A DNA stretch of 63,528 bases, counting the filler, from Choristocarpus tenellus KU-1152 (Eukaryota > Protista > Phaeophyceae): assembly GCA_964200185.2 (NCBI GenBank). It is 8 parts of 8 records of this genome, joined end to end, with 100 filler letters (N's around TTAATTAATTAA, not from the genome) between each part and the next. Parts side by side here need not be neighbours in the genome. Positions count along the whole stretch, not along the records: positions 1 to 27,010 come from CAXNAD020000158.1; 7 more parts are not named here. One strand, written 5' to 3'. Positions 1-12,200 of this stretch are shown piece after piece. The position numbers and the translations under genes are program-made. The notes beneath the pieces were generated by a model. The model was not told the origin of the DNA. It ran no database searches and saw only the letters and a list, made by a program, of their open reading frames with translations. Position 1 is the stretch's first letter, and every line of letters begins with the position of its first letter.

Positions 1-223
1 GTACTAAGGAAGTTGAGAACATACCAACTCAACACCCTATAAAAAAACACGGATATGCTATTGAGCATTACCATAGAAAAACTTGAGATGCATTTGACAT
101 CTCTCTGACCCACTCAGAATCTCATTGTCCTGCATCCCTGATGTCAGGTTGGTCTGACAAACAAATCAGGTCGTCAAGTGCTGTTGTTACAGTGAGGGAA
201 GAAGAGTGGGCACATTATCGACT

Positions 224-3200
224 TTAAACATCAGTCTTGTCAGACGTTGCCACTGCAGGGGTGAAGCGGGCATCATCATCATCTTCCTTTGTACCCCCAA
301 CGTCCGTCCTCACTATGCTGTAAATTACCCCACGTTTTAGTGGTTCCTCTCCTTTTGTTTCACCACCAAGTGGTTCGATAATTCCAGTCTCTGCTGCGTA
401 AATTACATTATCTCTGTTGTAGACATTCCCATCTGCTTCACCTTCGGGTTCAGCCCTGACCTCCTTGGAATGCAGGTTCATCTTCTGCCCCTTCCCACTG
501 CCAAGAATAACGAAGGATTAGGGGAAGCAGGGAAAGTGAGGTGGGGATTTGCTTCATCTCTTAACCGCTTCAACCAAATGCAAGGTGCAAACGATGGCAG
601 TAACAGCACACCGTTCCATATACACATAATGACATTGGTTTGGCTAGAGGGAATGCGCTACCACCACCGTATCTGCAGATAAGTGAATTAGTAAGGACAG
701 CATTATGGAGAGATATGCAGGATTTCCTTCTTGAAAATATAGAGATCAAAAGGTGCAGAAAGAGAAATGAAAAAAAAGGTTGAATTGGAAGACATGAGAA
801 AAAAACAAATTCCACTCTGCTCTACTATAAGGTACTGGAGTACTTCACAGGGTGTAGCAGGACAGGGGCATAACAATGTAATCAAAGACCATTGCAAAAC
901 GGTATAAAAGATTGTAAAGCAGATGACGCAATAAGAACAGAAACGTTGCATTGTGATTTTCGCATACGCTACACGCTCTTGATTGAAGTAGAGAGTGATA
1001 TCATACCGTTGTGTCAACGACACTCTATTGGCAGGAAAGCACTCACATTCCCTTAAATTGGTATGTCTCTTCACAACCGCCCTAATGCCTCAAAGTACTG
1101 AGGGGGGGATGGTGACTGTTCATTCGGGGTTCCTTTTCCAATGTATTTTTTGGTGATTTTGTGTTGGATGGATAATGCAAGTACACTTCTCCTGGTCAGG
1201 GTCTGAATGGACACCCTGGTGTAGTTCCCCACCCCCCCCTTATATTTTGAGCCAATACTTTAGATAACATACTATAGTAGTCTATAGTACATGTACTCCA
1301 GAGTAAATGCATAGTTTGCTCTAATACTACTTTCTCCAAAGTAATATTGAAGCTAGGACATCACCTTGGACGGTTGGCAAATGTCTTCTTGATGCCTGAA
1401 CCATCGATGACGTCAAATCCCAACACAGTGTCTTGCACGTGTTCACGACTGAACATAGCCGTAAGGGTCACCCACGTTTGCCACCATATGGAGAGCAGCA
1501 ACAATCCATTGACAAGGATAAGGAGAACAGAGTAAACCGCACTGCTCCCAGAGTCTGCATCGGCCACCTCTGCTTTGATCATCAGTGCCAGGAAATTGGT
1601 GAAGAAGATTACCAGGCAACCCTGAATGTTTTTGTCAACATTATTACCATAGTTTTGGTGTTCACAAGGAAATGGGAGACGGGAAGGTAGGAAGGTTAGT
1701 TTTCTAGAGTATTCTGTAACTTGTGGAGAATTGAGGTTATCTCCCTGTCCAAAATGAAGAAGAAACCTCAAAGGGGGGATGCAATCACAAATGTACAGCG
1801 CTGGGGGACGGACACTTTGCCAAAGGCGCTTTCCAATATCAACAGGCAAATTTTCCTTCCAATTTCTAGCGTGTGTGGACACTGACCAGATCAGGGAGGC
1901 ATCTATCCACCTGACTCACTCATTGCTTGCGAAGTTTATCCCATGGTCATGAAACTATCGAATTGTTTCTGTGGACCAATAGTCAAGATTTTTTTTGCGT
2001 GATTTTGTTGATGTTTTGAACTCTCCCAGTTCTGTTTGATAAGGTTAAAAGTGGATAAGGAGCCCCACGCATAGCATAGTAGGGCCAAGTGTAAGAATGA
2101 GCAATGACTCCAAGGCGTGTTACAGATATAGGAGTGGGAAGTGTGTCATCCCTAGGAAGATACTACATCTCTTTCTAATTTTCAACTCCAACTCTGGCAC
2201 AAACAGACACTGGGATAGACCTACGGCAAATACGTGCCTTCTCCAGTAGACCCTCAATGAGTTCCTCATGAAAATAGTTATCCACTTAGCAAAACACTTC
2301 CAGCCTTACATGATAGGCCATATAATCTCCCCATGTCACTGAATCTCCTTGTCATGGGTGCGTGGCATTGGTCTCATCCAGCTCAACTAGACTATCGTTG
2401 GTTTTTCCTGTCGAGTTCAGGGGCCTTACAATCCCTTCCTCACAATACAGGAGGTCAACCTCATCATGTCACCGTCAGACCGTCAAGTGTGCTTCACAGT
2501 ACGGCCTTCTGCTCATTGGCAATTGACGGATTCACACGGACTCTTCCACATGGATTCTGCTTGTCTGTTGACGCCCTCAGCTTAATTTATACACTCATCA
2601 CTAGACACAAAACACATATTGCTCTGCCTGACGAGGATTTTGTTCATGAAATGCAGATTTCTGCCTACAACCGCTTTATTCATTACAACAGAGTGGTATT
2701 GTCAAGATTATGCTTGACCATTTGCGAGTAATATTTTATGTATACACAAACGATAATGCGGGACATTCGGGATATTTGAGTGAAAGTATCTTAGAGGGTA
2801 CAAGTTTTGCCCTGTTTGTCCGTTTGGGACTTGGCTTCCCATGTTTTTTTTAATGACATTTTCCAACCGCAAATTTTTTCGGAGTAAGTAAAATGTATGC
2901 GTTGTGAAAAGGTGTGACCTGAACAAGTATACTGACACTTTCTAGCAAATACGATAGCCAAAATTACATCAAAATTGCAACATTGGATTTTGGCCCTCAA
3001 ATGGATGTGGCTCTACCCTCTAAGATGACTTTGTCTCTTTAGGCGGAATGTTAGAGTCGGAGTGTTTCTGACGTGTACTAGAGAACTGTTGAGTCATTTG
3101 GTATTCTGAGTCATCTACTGGAAGTCTTTGTTGGCCCCACCTAGTGATGGTATCTCTCTCTTCTCAACTGTGATACAAGCTAACTATAATATAACTGGTC

Positions 3201-6200
3201 GTTTGGGACAACAGATCATCAAGGACAGCTTAACACGTCTAGTATTATTAAAGTGCGTTTGCGTAGTTAATATACTTGGATTTTAGCTATCACCAGGAGG
3301 GATTCAAATTAAACAACTATGATGCCCAGATCAAGATTCGATACAAGTCTGAACTCCATTGATGACGGAGCGGAAGAACCGTCAATGACCCTAGGGGGGG
3401 ATGAGGTTCATGATGAGACATCAGCCGCGAAAGGGGGCGAGGTTAGGGCTGGGGCTAGAGATACGGTGGCCGTGGGTGCTAGACCCATAAATGACCCGAA
3501 ATTAAAGAAATATTCCTCCAAACCACCTGCGCTCAAGGGGGAACCAGGAACGTGGAGGAAGTGGAGCAAAACGTTTCTTACACACGCTCTCTCATTGGGA
3601 TGGAGGGAGCCACCGGTAATGAAGGAACACCTGAGGGTACTGTCTTTGGAGTATTCCCCGACAGGTGTGGACCCGTATGTGCACCATGCGACAACGTATG
3701 CCATCAATGGACTCTAGGAGGCGACAACAGGACCTGCTTTGGACATTGTGCTGATGTACGAATCTCTGAGTGAGGCGTTCACCGCACTGGTCAAGAACTA
3801 TGCTCATTCTGGACAAACGGAGAGAAGTATCGCGAAACGGTAATTGATGGACATGGTGCTGGAACCTGGGGGAGATCCTGCTGACATCATTAACCGGAAG
3901 GAGACTCTTATAATGGAGCTGAAGAGCTTGGGAGATTCCGTGACAGAGGAAGATCGAGTGGGCTGGCTACAAAATTCACTCAGCGAACAGTCTCTGGACA
4001 TCTTGTCCCAGATAGAAGACGAGGAGTCGGCAGAGGGGCGGATAAAACTGGAGGAGTTAGTCCTTAAGAGATATCGAATACGCTCTATCCAAAGGGGGAC
4101 AGAATCGGCTGGGGTGAGAGCTGGCGCACTGGTGGCAGGAAGGCAATCCAGACGCACTGGTGGACAACCCAATTGTTCGAAATGTGGTGGACCTCATTTC
4201 CGACCCAAGTCCTCACAAATCAAGAAGCAGAAGGTGAGTGAAGGGGGTATTTCTTGCTTTGTATGCGGGGAAATAGGACGTCAAAGCTTGGCATGTCCGC
4301 AAAGAAAATTGGGATCGTCAAGGGGTCTGTCTAGAATCTCCGAATATCCAGAGAAGAAGAATCGGATGGGGGGGAATGATTCTAAGAATAAGGAAAGAGG
4401 ACCAAAATCGGACGGATCTGGCGAAGGACAACCAAGATTGGGAGGTCTTCCAGTAACCAATCAAGTGAGTTATCTTGCTAGTAAGGTAAAATCACTTCCC
4501 TTCAAGAGACTGTCATGGGTTGAGGTTTGGATTTGGGACAGTGGAGCCACATGTAATTTTACGACAACCAATAAAAACATGTTTAATTGGGAATCTTGTG
4601 ATGGACCAGTTGCAGTTTGATGTGGTGGAGCACTTGACATGGTGGGGAAGGGGGACATCAAATTGGAATGTGTTCTAAGTGCTAAATTGGAGACTGTTCT
4701 ATCACTGACGTACTTGTGGTGCCTGATCTTGGTGTTAACTTGTATTCTGCCAAGGCTTGCATGTGGGATAGTCAAAGTTTCTGATCTGTCGACTCCACCA
4801 GAATCTCAACTTTTTGGGACAATGGGGAACGAAATCTCACCTTCACATCATTGGGGAGGAGGAATTATTCCCCCTAGGGATGCGCAGAGTGAGTGTGATG
4901 AATGGCTCTGAATCTACTAATGTCCCCACCACTAATGCAACATCTATTTCTGGCACATCAAGAATGAACTTGACCCGGAAAACTGCATTGATGAATGTCA
5001 ATAAGCTGTATGTACGATTAGGTGATGTACATCAGGGCATGGTGAGGAAATACGCTTCTGCCCAGAATATTTTACTGACTGGGACTGGGGGACCCTTTTA
5101 TCGAGGTTGCTCACTCGGGAAAGGACATCGGCATTCAATCCCAGAGGAGGCTGAGAATCGGGCTTCGGAAAAGGGGGTGTGTGTTTATGTGGACTTGACT
5201 AGACCGAAAGAATAATCCAGTAAGGGTAAGGGGCATTACTATGCGATGTTCGTGGTGGATGACTGCACTTGAATGAGGTTCGGATACTTGAGAACCAAGA
5301 GTGACCAAACGACATCATCTGTATTTGAGAGATTCTTGATCAACGTGGTGAAGCCTGCTGAGGTGGAGATCAAAGCTGAGAGGACGGACTGTGGGACGGA
5401 ATTTACTGGGGCTGCATTTGAGTTGCTGGAAAAATACAGCATTCGACACGACCACACTGTGCCCGGTGCGCCTCAGTACAATGGGGTGGTTGAAAGGAGA
5501 ATTGCCTTGGTGTGGGAGAAGTCACTTGTACTGTGATATGGTGCAAGATTGGAAAATGATGTGACCTTGTGGGCGGAGGCAATGTCACACACCAACAATC
5601 TCACCAACATAACACCAACATAACACCAACATCAGCGAATGAAGGCTAGGTAACTCCTTGGGAATTATGGCACGAACATCCTGCTGATGTTACACAACTT
5701 CCAATTTGGGGTAGCTGTGGCTGTGCTCGCATTCACAACCGACCCACAAAGTCTTCACCTCGTGCTGAATCTTGTTTTATGATGGGTGTTGCACCTCTTA
5801 ACCAATACCCTTCCCATACTTACCGGATTCTGCTGCCACGTTCAGGGTGACTTGTGATGAGAAGGGACATCAGTTGGGAGTCCATGTGGGATAGTAACCT
5901 GCATGATGACACCCGACACCAATCATCAGGGTTGCCACTGTGGAGGGGGGAAGGATTTTTCCCAGTGGTCACGAGTGAGGAAGTGACACCTGTAGATTCT
6001 AGTGATGAAGAAGCTGGATTATTCTTGGAGGTTATGGTTGAAGGCATAAATGCGGGGGAGCAATTGGGGTCGGGTACTGCTAAAGAAGGGCAAGTAGGGT
6101 CTGGAACAAGGGTTTCTGAACAAGTCGATGAGGATGGGGTTACGTCACCTCCATAGCAGGGGAGTGGGAGGCTTGGGTTAGGAGGGCAGTCACAACCCTC

Positions 6201-9200
6201 TGAACCCAGGATGCTGTCTCGGCTCTGGGAGTACAATGTGGGGTCATCACACTCTCCTCTGGCACGTAAGAGAACTACTAGACGAACAGCCTACGTGGTC
6301 ATACACAAGGTGGAGGAGATAATTGGTGATGAGTTGGGACTGGGTTGGCCCGGGGATACTCCGGCTAGTGAGTTACCTCCTGTACCTCTCACTGTAAAGG
6401 AAGCACTTGAGTCTCGGGAGCCCAAGGAGTGGCTTGAGGCTATTTATGCTGAGATCGATGGATTAATTGCTCATGGCCCATGGGCGTAGGTTCCCAGGCC
6501 AACTGAGGCAAATGTCTTGAAAATGAAATTAATTTTTTCGAGGAAGGTAAATGCAGTGGGATTGGTGGAGCGCTGGAAAGCAAGACTGGTGGTACAAGGA
6601 TTTCGACAGCAGCCTGGAATTGATTGGCGTGAAAAATTCGGACCAACCGCAGAAGCTTCAAGCCTGCGAATGATCCTTGCACTGACTGCATGGTCGGGAT
6701 GGAACCTGGATATGGCAGATGCAGTGAGGGCTTTCTCCAATGCAGACCTGGAAGAAGACCTGTATGCAGAGCAGCTGCCAGAGGGGGTGGCGACTGAATT
6801 CGATGGGGCAGTTGGGAAGCTACAGAAATCATTGTATGGGATTTTCCAAGCATCGCGTAATTGGAATGCCTTACTTGTGGCATCATTACTGGAGCTGGGA
6901 CTGGAATAATGTGAGGCTGATCTTTGCTTGTTTAGATGGATGTTGGATGGGGGTCTGGTACTAATCATGCTTATTCATGTCGATATGATTACAGGCAGCA
7001 AGGCGTCTAAGCATGCCTTGGATATAGTTCAAGGACTACACAAGAGATTCCCTGTGGAGTACCTTGGGGAGAAGGGACAGTTTATGGGATGTCGCGTAAA
7101 CAAGGGTTGTAGACCTGGGACAGTTTCTATAGATCAACAGGTATGTGTTGAAAACTTGGCAGCAAAGTATGGGATCATGAGTGGCTGCGACCTTTCTGCT
7201 TTTTCCACCAAAGAGTTTGTTGAGGAGGGACCAATTAGAGATGGTTATCGTGCAATGGTTAGGAGCTTGATGTGGGCATCCATTATGACCAGACCTGATG
7301 TATCATCTGCGGTAAGGAGTCTAGCGATGAAGTGTGTAAATCCCACAGTGACGAATTGGAAGGGGATTGAAAGAGTAATTACTCATTTATTGAGGATAAG
7401 TAAGAGGGGTTTGACTTAGGGTGATTTCAGTTTTTACGGGAATGCACCTAGGGACCAACTCATTGGCTATGCTGATGCAGACTACGCCAATTGTGTGATT
7501 CCAAGATTTTCTGTGTCTGGTGGTGTGGTAATGTTTGGGGGTGCATGTGTGAGCTGGTGATGGAAAATGCAGAAAACTGTTATTTTAACTACCAGTGAGG
7601 CTGAGTATGTGTCGTATGATTTGGTCAAGGAGGTTATGTTTTGCAGCAGGTCAAAATTTTTTGGAGCCAGCTATGCACAAGTATTGTGTACAATTGTTTG
7701 AAGACAATAGTGGGGCAATCAAGTTGACTGAGAAGACAGCTTCAGGGGGTAGAACAAAACATATAGATATTCAATATCATTATGTTAGGAACTTGGTGAA
7801 GGAAGGGAAGGCACAGATTGTGTATGTAAACTCTGGTGAAAAACATGGATTACTTCACAAAGAATTTGAGTGGTAATGTGTTTGAATTCCACGCTAGAAC
7901 TATCATGCACCGTGATTAAGGGGTAGCGTGCAGATTGAGTTCATTGGATTCATGATGCATGGAAAGAGCAGGGAGTGTGTCAAGATTTTGCTTGTCCATG
8001 TGTGGAAATAAGATTCGAAGTGAGCAGATTGAGTTGATTTCAAGTTGGGATTTATTGTTGGACTGATTTGATTCTCACTGGATAGTCAGAGCAGGGGAAT
8101 GTGTCAAGATTATACTTGACCATTTGTGAGAATATGATTTGAAGTAATATTTTATGTACGCACAAAAGATAATGCGGGACATTTGGGATATTTAGGGTTA
8201 GGGTATTTGACCAGAAGTAATCGGCGGACTATTAGAGTCGGAGCGTTTCTGACATGTACTAGAGAAATGTTGAGTCATTTGATACTCTGAGTCATTTACT
8301 GCAAGGCTTGGTGAGTCCCACCTAGTGATGTTATCTCACTCTCTTCTCAACTGTGATACAAGCTAACTATAATATAACTGGTTGTGTGGGACAATAGATC
8401 GTCAAGGACAGCTTAACAGGTATTACCTCATCAGAAATCAAACTTAGTGAGGCATTCACTCTTGGAAGTTCAAGCAACAAATTTCATCCAAGAATCCTCA
8501 GTAAGGCTAACAAATGTCTGGATCAAAACTATGTATCACATTGGACTCATACATAGTCCCTTGCGTGGTGAAAAAATCAATTCCAAACAACGATAGTTGT
8601 CGAATCATCTCATAAGGTGCACCAGAATTCACTTCTTCCCCCCCCCCCTCCACACGGAATCCGATTCAGATTCCTAGGAATTATATCATTCCACAAATAC
8701 TCACCGTACGGTAGAGTGATCGGTCGATGGGGTCCAGGTGAGGCCGAAGGAGCTCAAACACGACCAGGCTGTATGTGTGTGTGTGTGAATGTGCATGTAC
8801 AACCAGGGTCAATGAGGTCAGGTACTTCATTGCATAGAGCTCTAGATGTATGGGGTGAAGCCAAAATATGGGATCGTAATAGTTGGATAAAAAGATAATA
8901 GAGTGATATTAAATACTTCTCAAGGCCATATACAGAGGACGAAAATGATTGCATTTCTGGCAATCGGTAAGAAACTTAATCAATCACATCAGACCACACA
9001 TCCTAGCTTTCGATTATTCTTCTACTTTCTGTTCTAACAGCAAATATCATTTGAAAAAGAACATCAATAGACATACACTTCAAGCACAGGAAAAATCTTA
9101 ATTTAACCAATATACTCTCTCTATGTGACCATAGCAAACAAATCACTGAAAAGGATAGCAAAATCATATATATCCAACTTGATTCACTCTCGAGTCCCAC

Positions 9201-12200
9201 CCCTTCGCTGGTCGAGTCCCACCCCTTCGCTGGTCGAGTCCCACCCCTTACCCTGGCACACACAAATATAAAACCAACCTGAGAAATGCAAAGATACATC
9301 CAATGGCCACCTGTCCAGAAGTGTTGGGCAATATGAACACCATGATACCAGTCAAGATCAGGCGGCGTCCACATTCCACAACCTGTGATTACCATGAACA
9401 TCGCAACAATTGATCAAGAAGACATATGTAGGCGTTTGTTGGATAGGCAGGGTGTAGGAAGCAGTCTGGATTAATTGCATCAATATGCCACACAACCTTG
9501 CAGATCAGTCCTCTGACAACACGCAAGTCCTAGCCATATGGTACTCTACCTCATAATAGTACCCCCCTGGGGAGTACGGTCTCCACAGGAAGGATGTGGG
9601 TGCAACATTTTTGTCCCTCTTCCGCTGGTCAAGCTTTTTTTCCTGCTCGTTTTTTTCGAGTAGCAGAAAAGCAACGCAGGATGACACCAAACACATACAA
9701 ATATCAGCATTCGCATACAGTCATAACAAACAATCCCATAACAGTATATTGTAATACACACCATACAAGAACAAGCACACGAATACTCAACAGATATAGA
9801 CATGCATGACACCACCACCGCACGCGCACACACACACCAGGCTGTGCATATCTTGGATCAAATGCATTGTCTACTTTACTAGATAGGGAGAGCAAGGGGA
9901 AGGTCAATCGTCATCAAATGGGGAGGGTGGAAGGATCGAAAAGGAACAACAAAAGAAAGGCATTGAAGTCTTTAGGGGAGTATCAACAAATTTGAACACT
10001 AGCATTCACAGGACATTAAAACTGATTATCCAATCATCGCCTCCCCAAATTTACCCTGTTACAAACTCTCTATACCACAGCTCAACAATGGCGAGTCTGT
10101 TGCAGGACCAACACCACTCTTTACCTGCCAGGCACACAATATAAATGCAGCAGTATCTTCAACACCGCAAACAAACACGAATCAACACTGACTTATGAAG
10201 AACTCTGGAGCAGTTGAAAGTAACAAAAAAAAACAAGACAAGTGACATTCAACACTGCCACTGCTACCCTGACCTAAAGGCATTTGCAATGACATTTGCA
10301 ATTTTCCATCTCCTCATTCATACTAAACTTCAACCCTAATCCCAATGACAACCCCGACTTACTAACCTCTATGAAGTGCTTTCCCCTGGCCTTTTTCTCC
10401 TCCGTGGTGGAAGGGGGGTTGATACGGCTCTTCTGCTTCCACAGGACAATCCCAAACAGCAGCGGTATCCCAAACGGGTCTAACAATAACAACAATGTTC
10501 AATGAAGTAATATCAAATCAAGTAGAATAGGCAATAGAGAAACACCATTCGTGGCAGCCAGGTGAAGTATTAAATCAATTGGGGATGTGGGAGTTGGTGA
10601 ATACTATAAATTGTTGATGGTAAACGGATAATGGACAGAAAATTCAACAATAAACAGTAAAGTATGATGCCCCCGATAGCCAATAAAAATACATCAATAC
10701 AATTATCTAAGGAAGCAGCAGGCAATGAGCTGATGTTTCACATGATCTTCTAACAGCAATAATAGTAAAGGAAGCATCTCCAACCCCAAGCACACTGTAG
10801 AATGGTAGCAACGGCAATCAGTTCTCGTAGTCGAAGTCAGGCTTCGCAGAGAATATAGGGCAACCCCATCATGGGTCCAGCAAGACCCCCCCACCGAATT
10901 TACTTTTTTGATACCATCATTTGCATTTATACCCTCCATCACAACTGTTCAAACTATTGCGGAACACAGAGGTGATATTTTCGGGAATGATACAATTAAT
11001 CTTGTGTCGTCTCATGTGAGTGATTTGTATAGCCATGCGATAGGATTCCAAGAGTAAATAGCCCCTCAAACCGTTCGAACTATGCTGAAAAGAGCAAGCA
11101 ATAATAAAGGAGTACATGCAACAACAGCAACAATGCAGCAAACTACACAAATTTTCTATTCACCTTGCTGATTATACACTCCATTACAAGCACAAAGATG
11201 AGACACACCATGAATATTGCGGTAACTCACAAAGGAAGATCATGAAAGCAGCATAGATCTTGTAGGCTCGATGCTCCCCAGTTTCGCAGCGGATGCTGAA
11301 GTCTGCCCTCAAGTAGCTCTCCTGCTCACCAGAGTCCTCAGAGGTGTCCTCACATACAAACGTCTGGAATACCTACACTCAACAAGAAATTGATGATACA
11401 ATTGTATGGTTGAGATCAGTACCAGAAACAGAAAGGGGGATGAGAGAGGAGGGAATGTGGACATCATACGGCCTATTTAGTGTCCTCCATTTGATATCTG
11501 ATGTCGGTGTGGCAGTTTCACTTTGGTACAAGAAGTCAAACAGTCTCGAAATGTTGAAAGCAAGATGGTCACATATGCTAAAAATACAAAACGAATATTT
11601 ACCAGACTTAGTATGCTAACGATGTCCCAAACTTTGCCAAGGGAAACAAAGAATGAAATTGGAAGGTAGCGGGGGAAAGTGGAGGGCGGGGGACATTGCC
11701 GTCCAACTCACAATTGTGGAGACCTGAGTGTAAATGAGGTAGATCAAAATCAAGAGGACTGTAGCATGACGCGCAAACAGTGACCACATCCTCCTCTGGA
11801 GAGTCAGAGATCAAAGGGAGGAAAGGAAAGAAGGGGGAGAGCAAGGAGGGCATCGTCATTCTCAGATAGACATGGCCAACTCGTTCTAGTATATCATACA
11901 ACCCACCTAGGACACGCCATCAAAACAATGTAGGGCATAGTGTAGTAGTCCATGACTTGCCCACCATCTATACCAAGTATGCCCCTGCATAGAATAAAGG
12001 AACATCCGCTAGCCCTAACCCTCACACATTGTGGCACATTATCAACTTATAGAAAATAATCACATAATGATCCACGAGAGTACATGTGTTGATGCTTACC
12101 TTTTCTTCTTCCCCAACCTGACCAGGTCCGTCTTTGATGACCTGTAGCAGACTGGTACTCCTTCGAATGCCCCGAACGGGTTGGTTTCTCCCGCTGGTGG

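Larger units (their letters stand above)
2700..8418 (+). mobile_element. Full-length decayed Ty1/Copia LTR retrotransposon inside intron 1622-8704 of the Pmp-like gene, antisense to the host
   Basis: Two LTRs TGTCAAG...CTTAACA. Perfect 5-bp TSD GGTAT (2695-2699 and 8419-8423). Domain order gag-PR-IN-RT-RH. Confidence 0.97.

Noticed and set aside
2333-8585. Plus-strand frame that stays open across the Copia insertion site (2333-2699 joined to 8424-8585)
   Set aside because: No recognisable domain. It may be an older TE remnant, but I cannot support that without a search.
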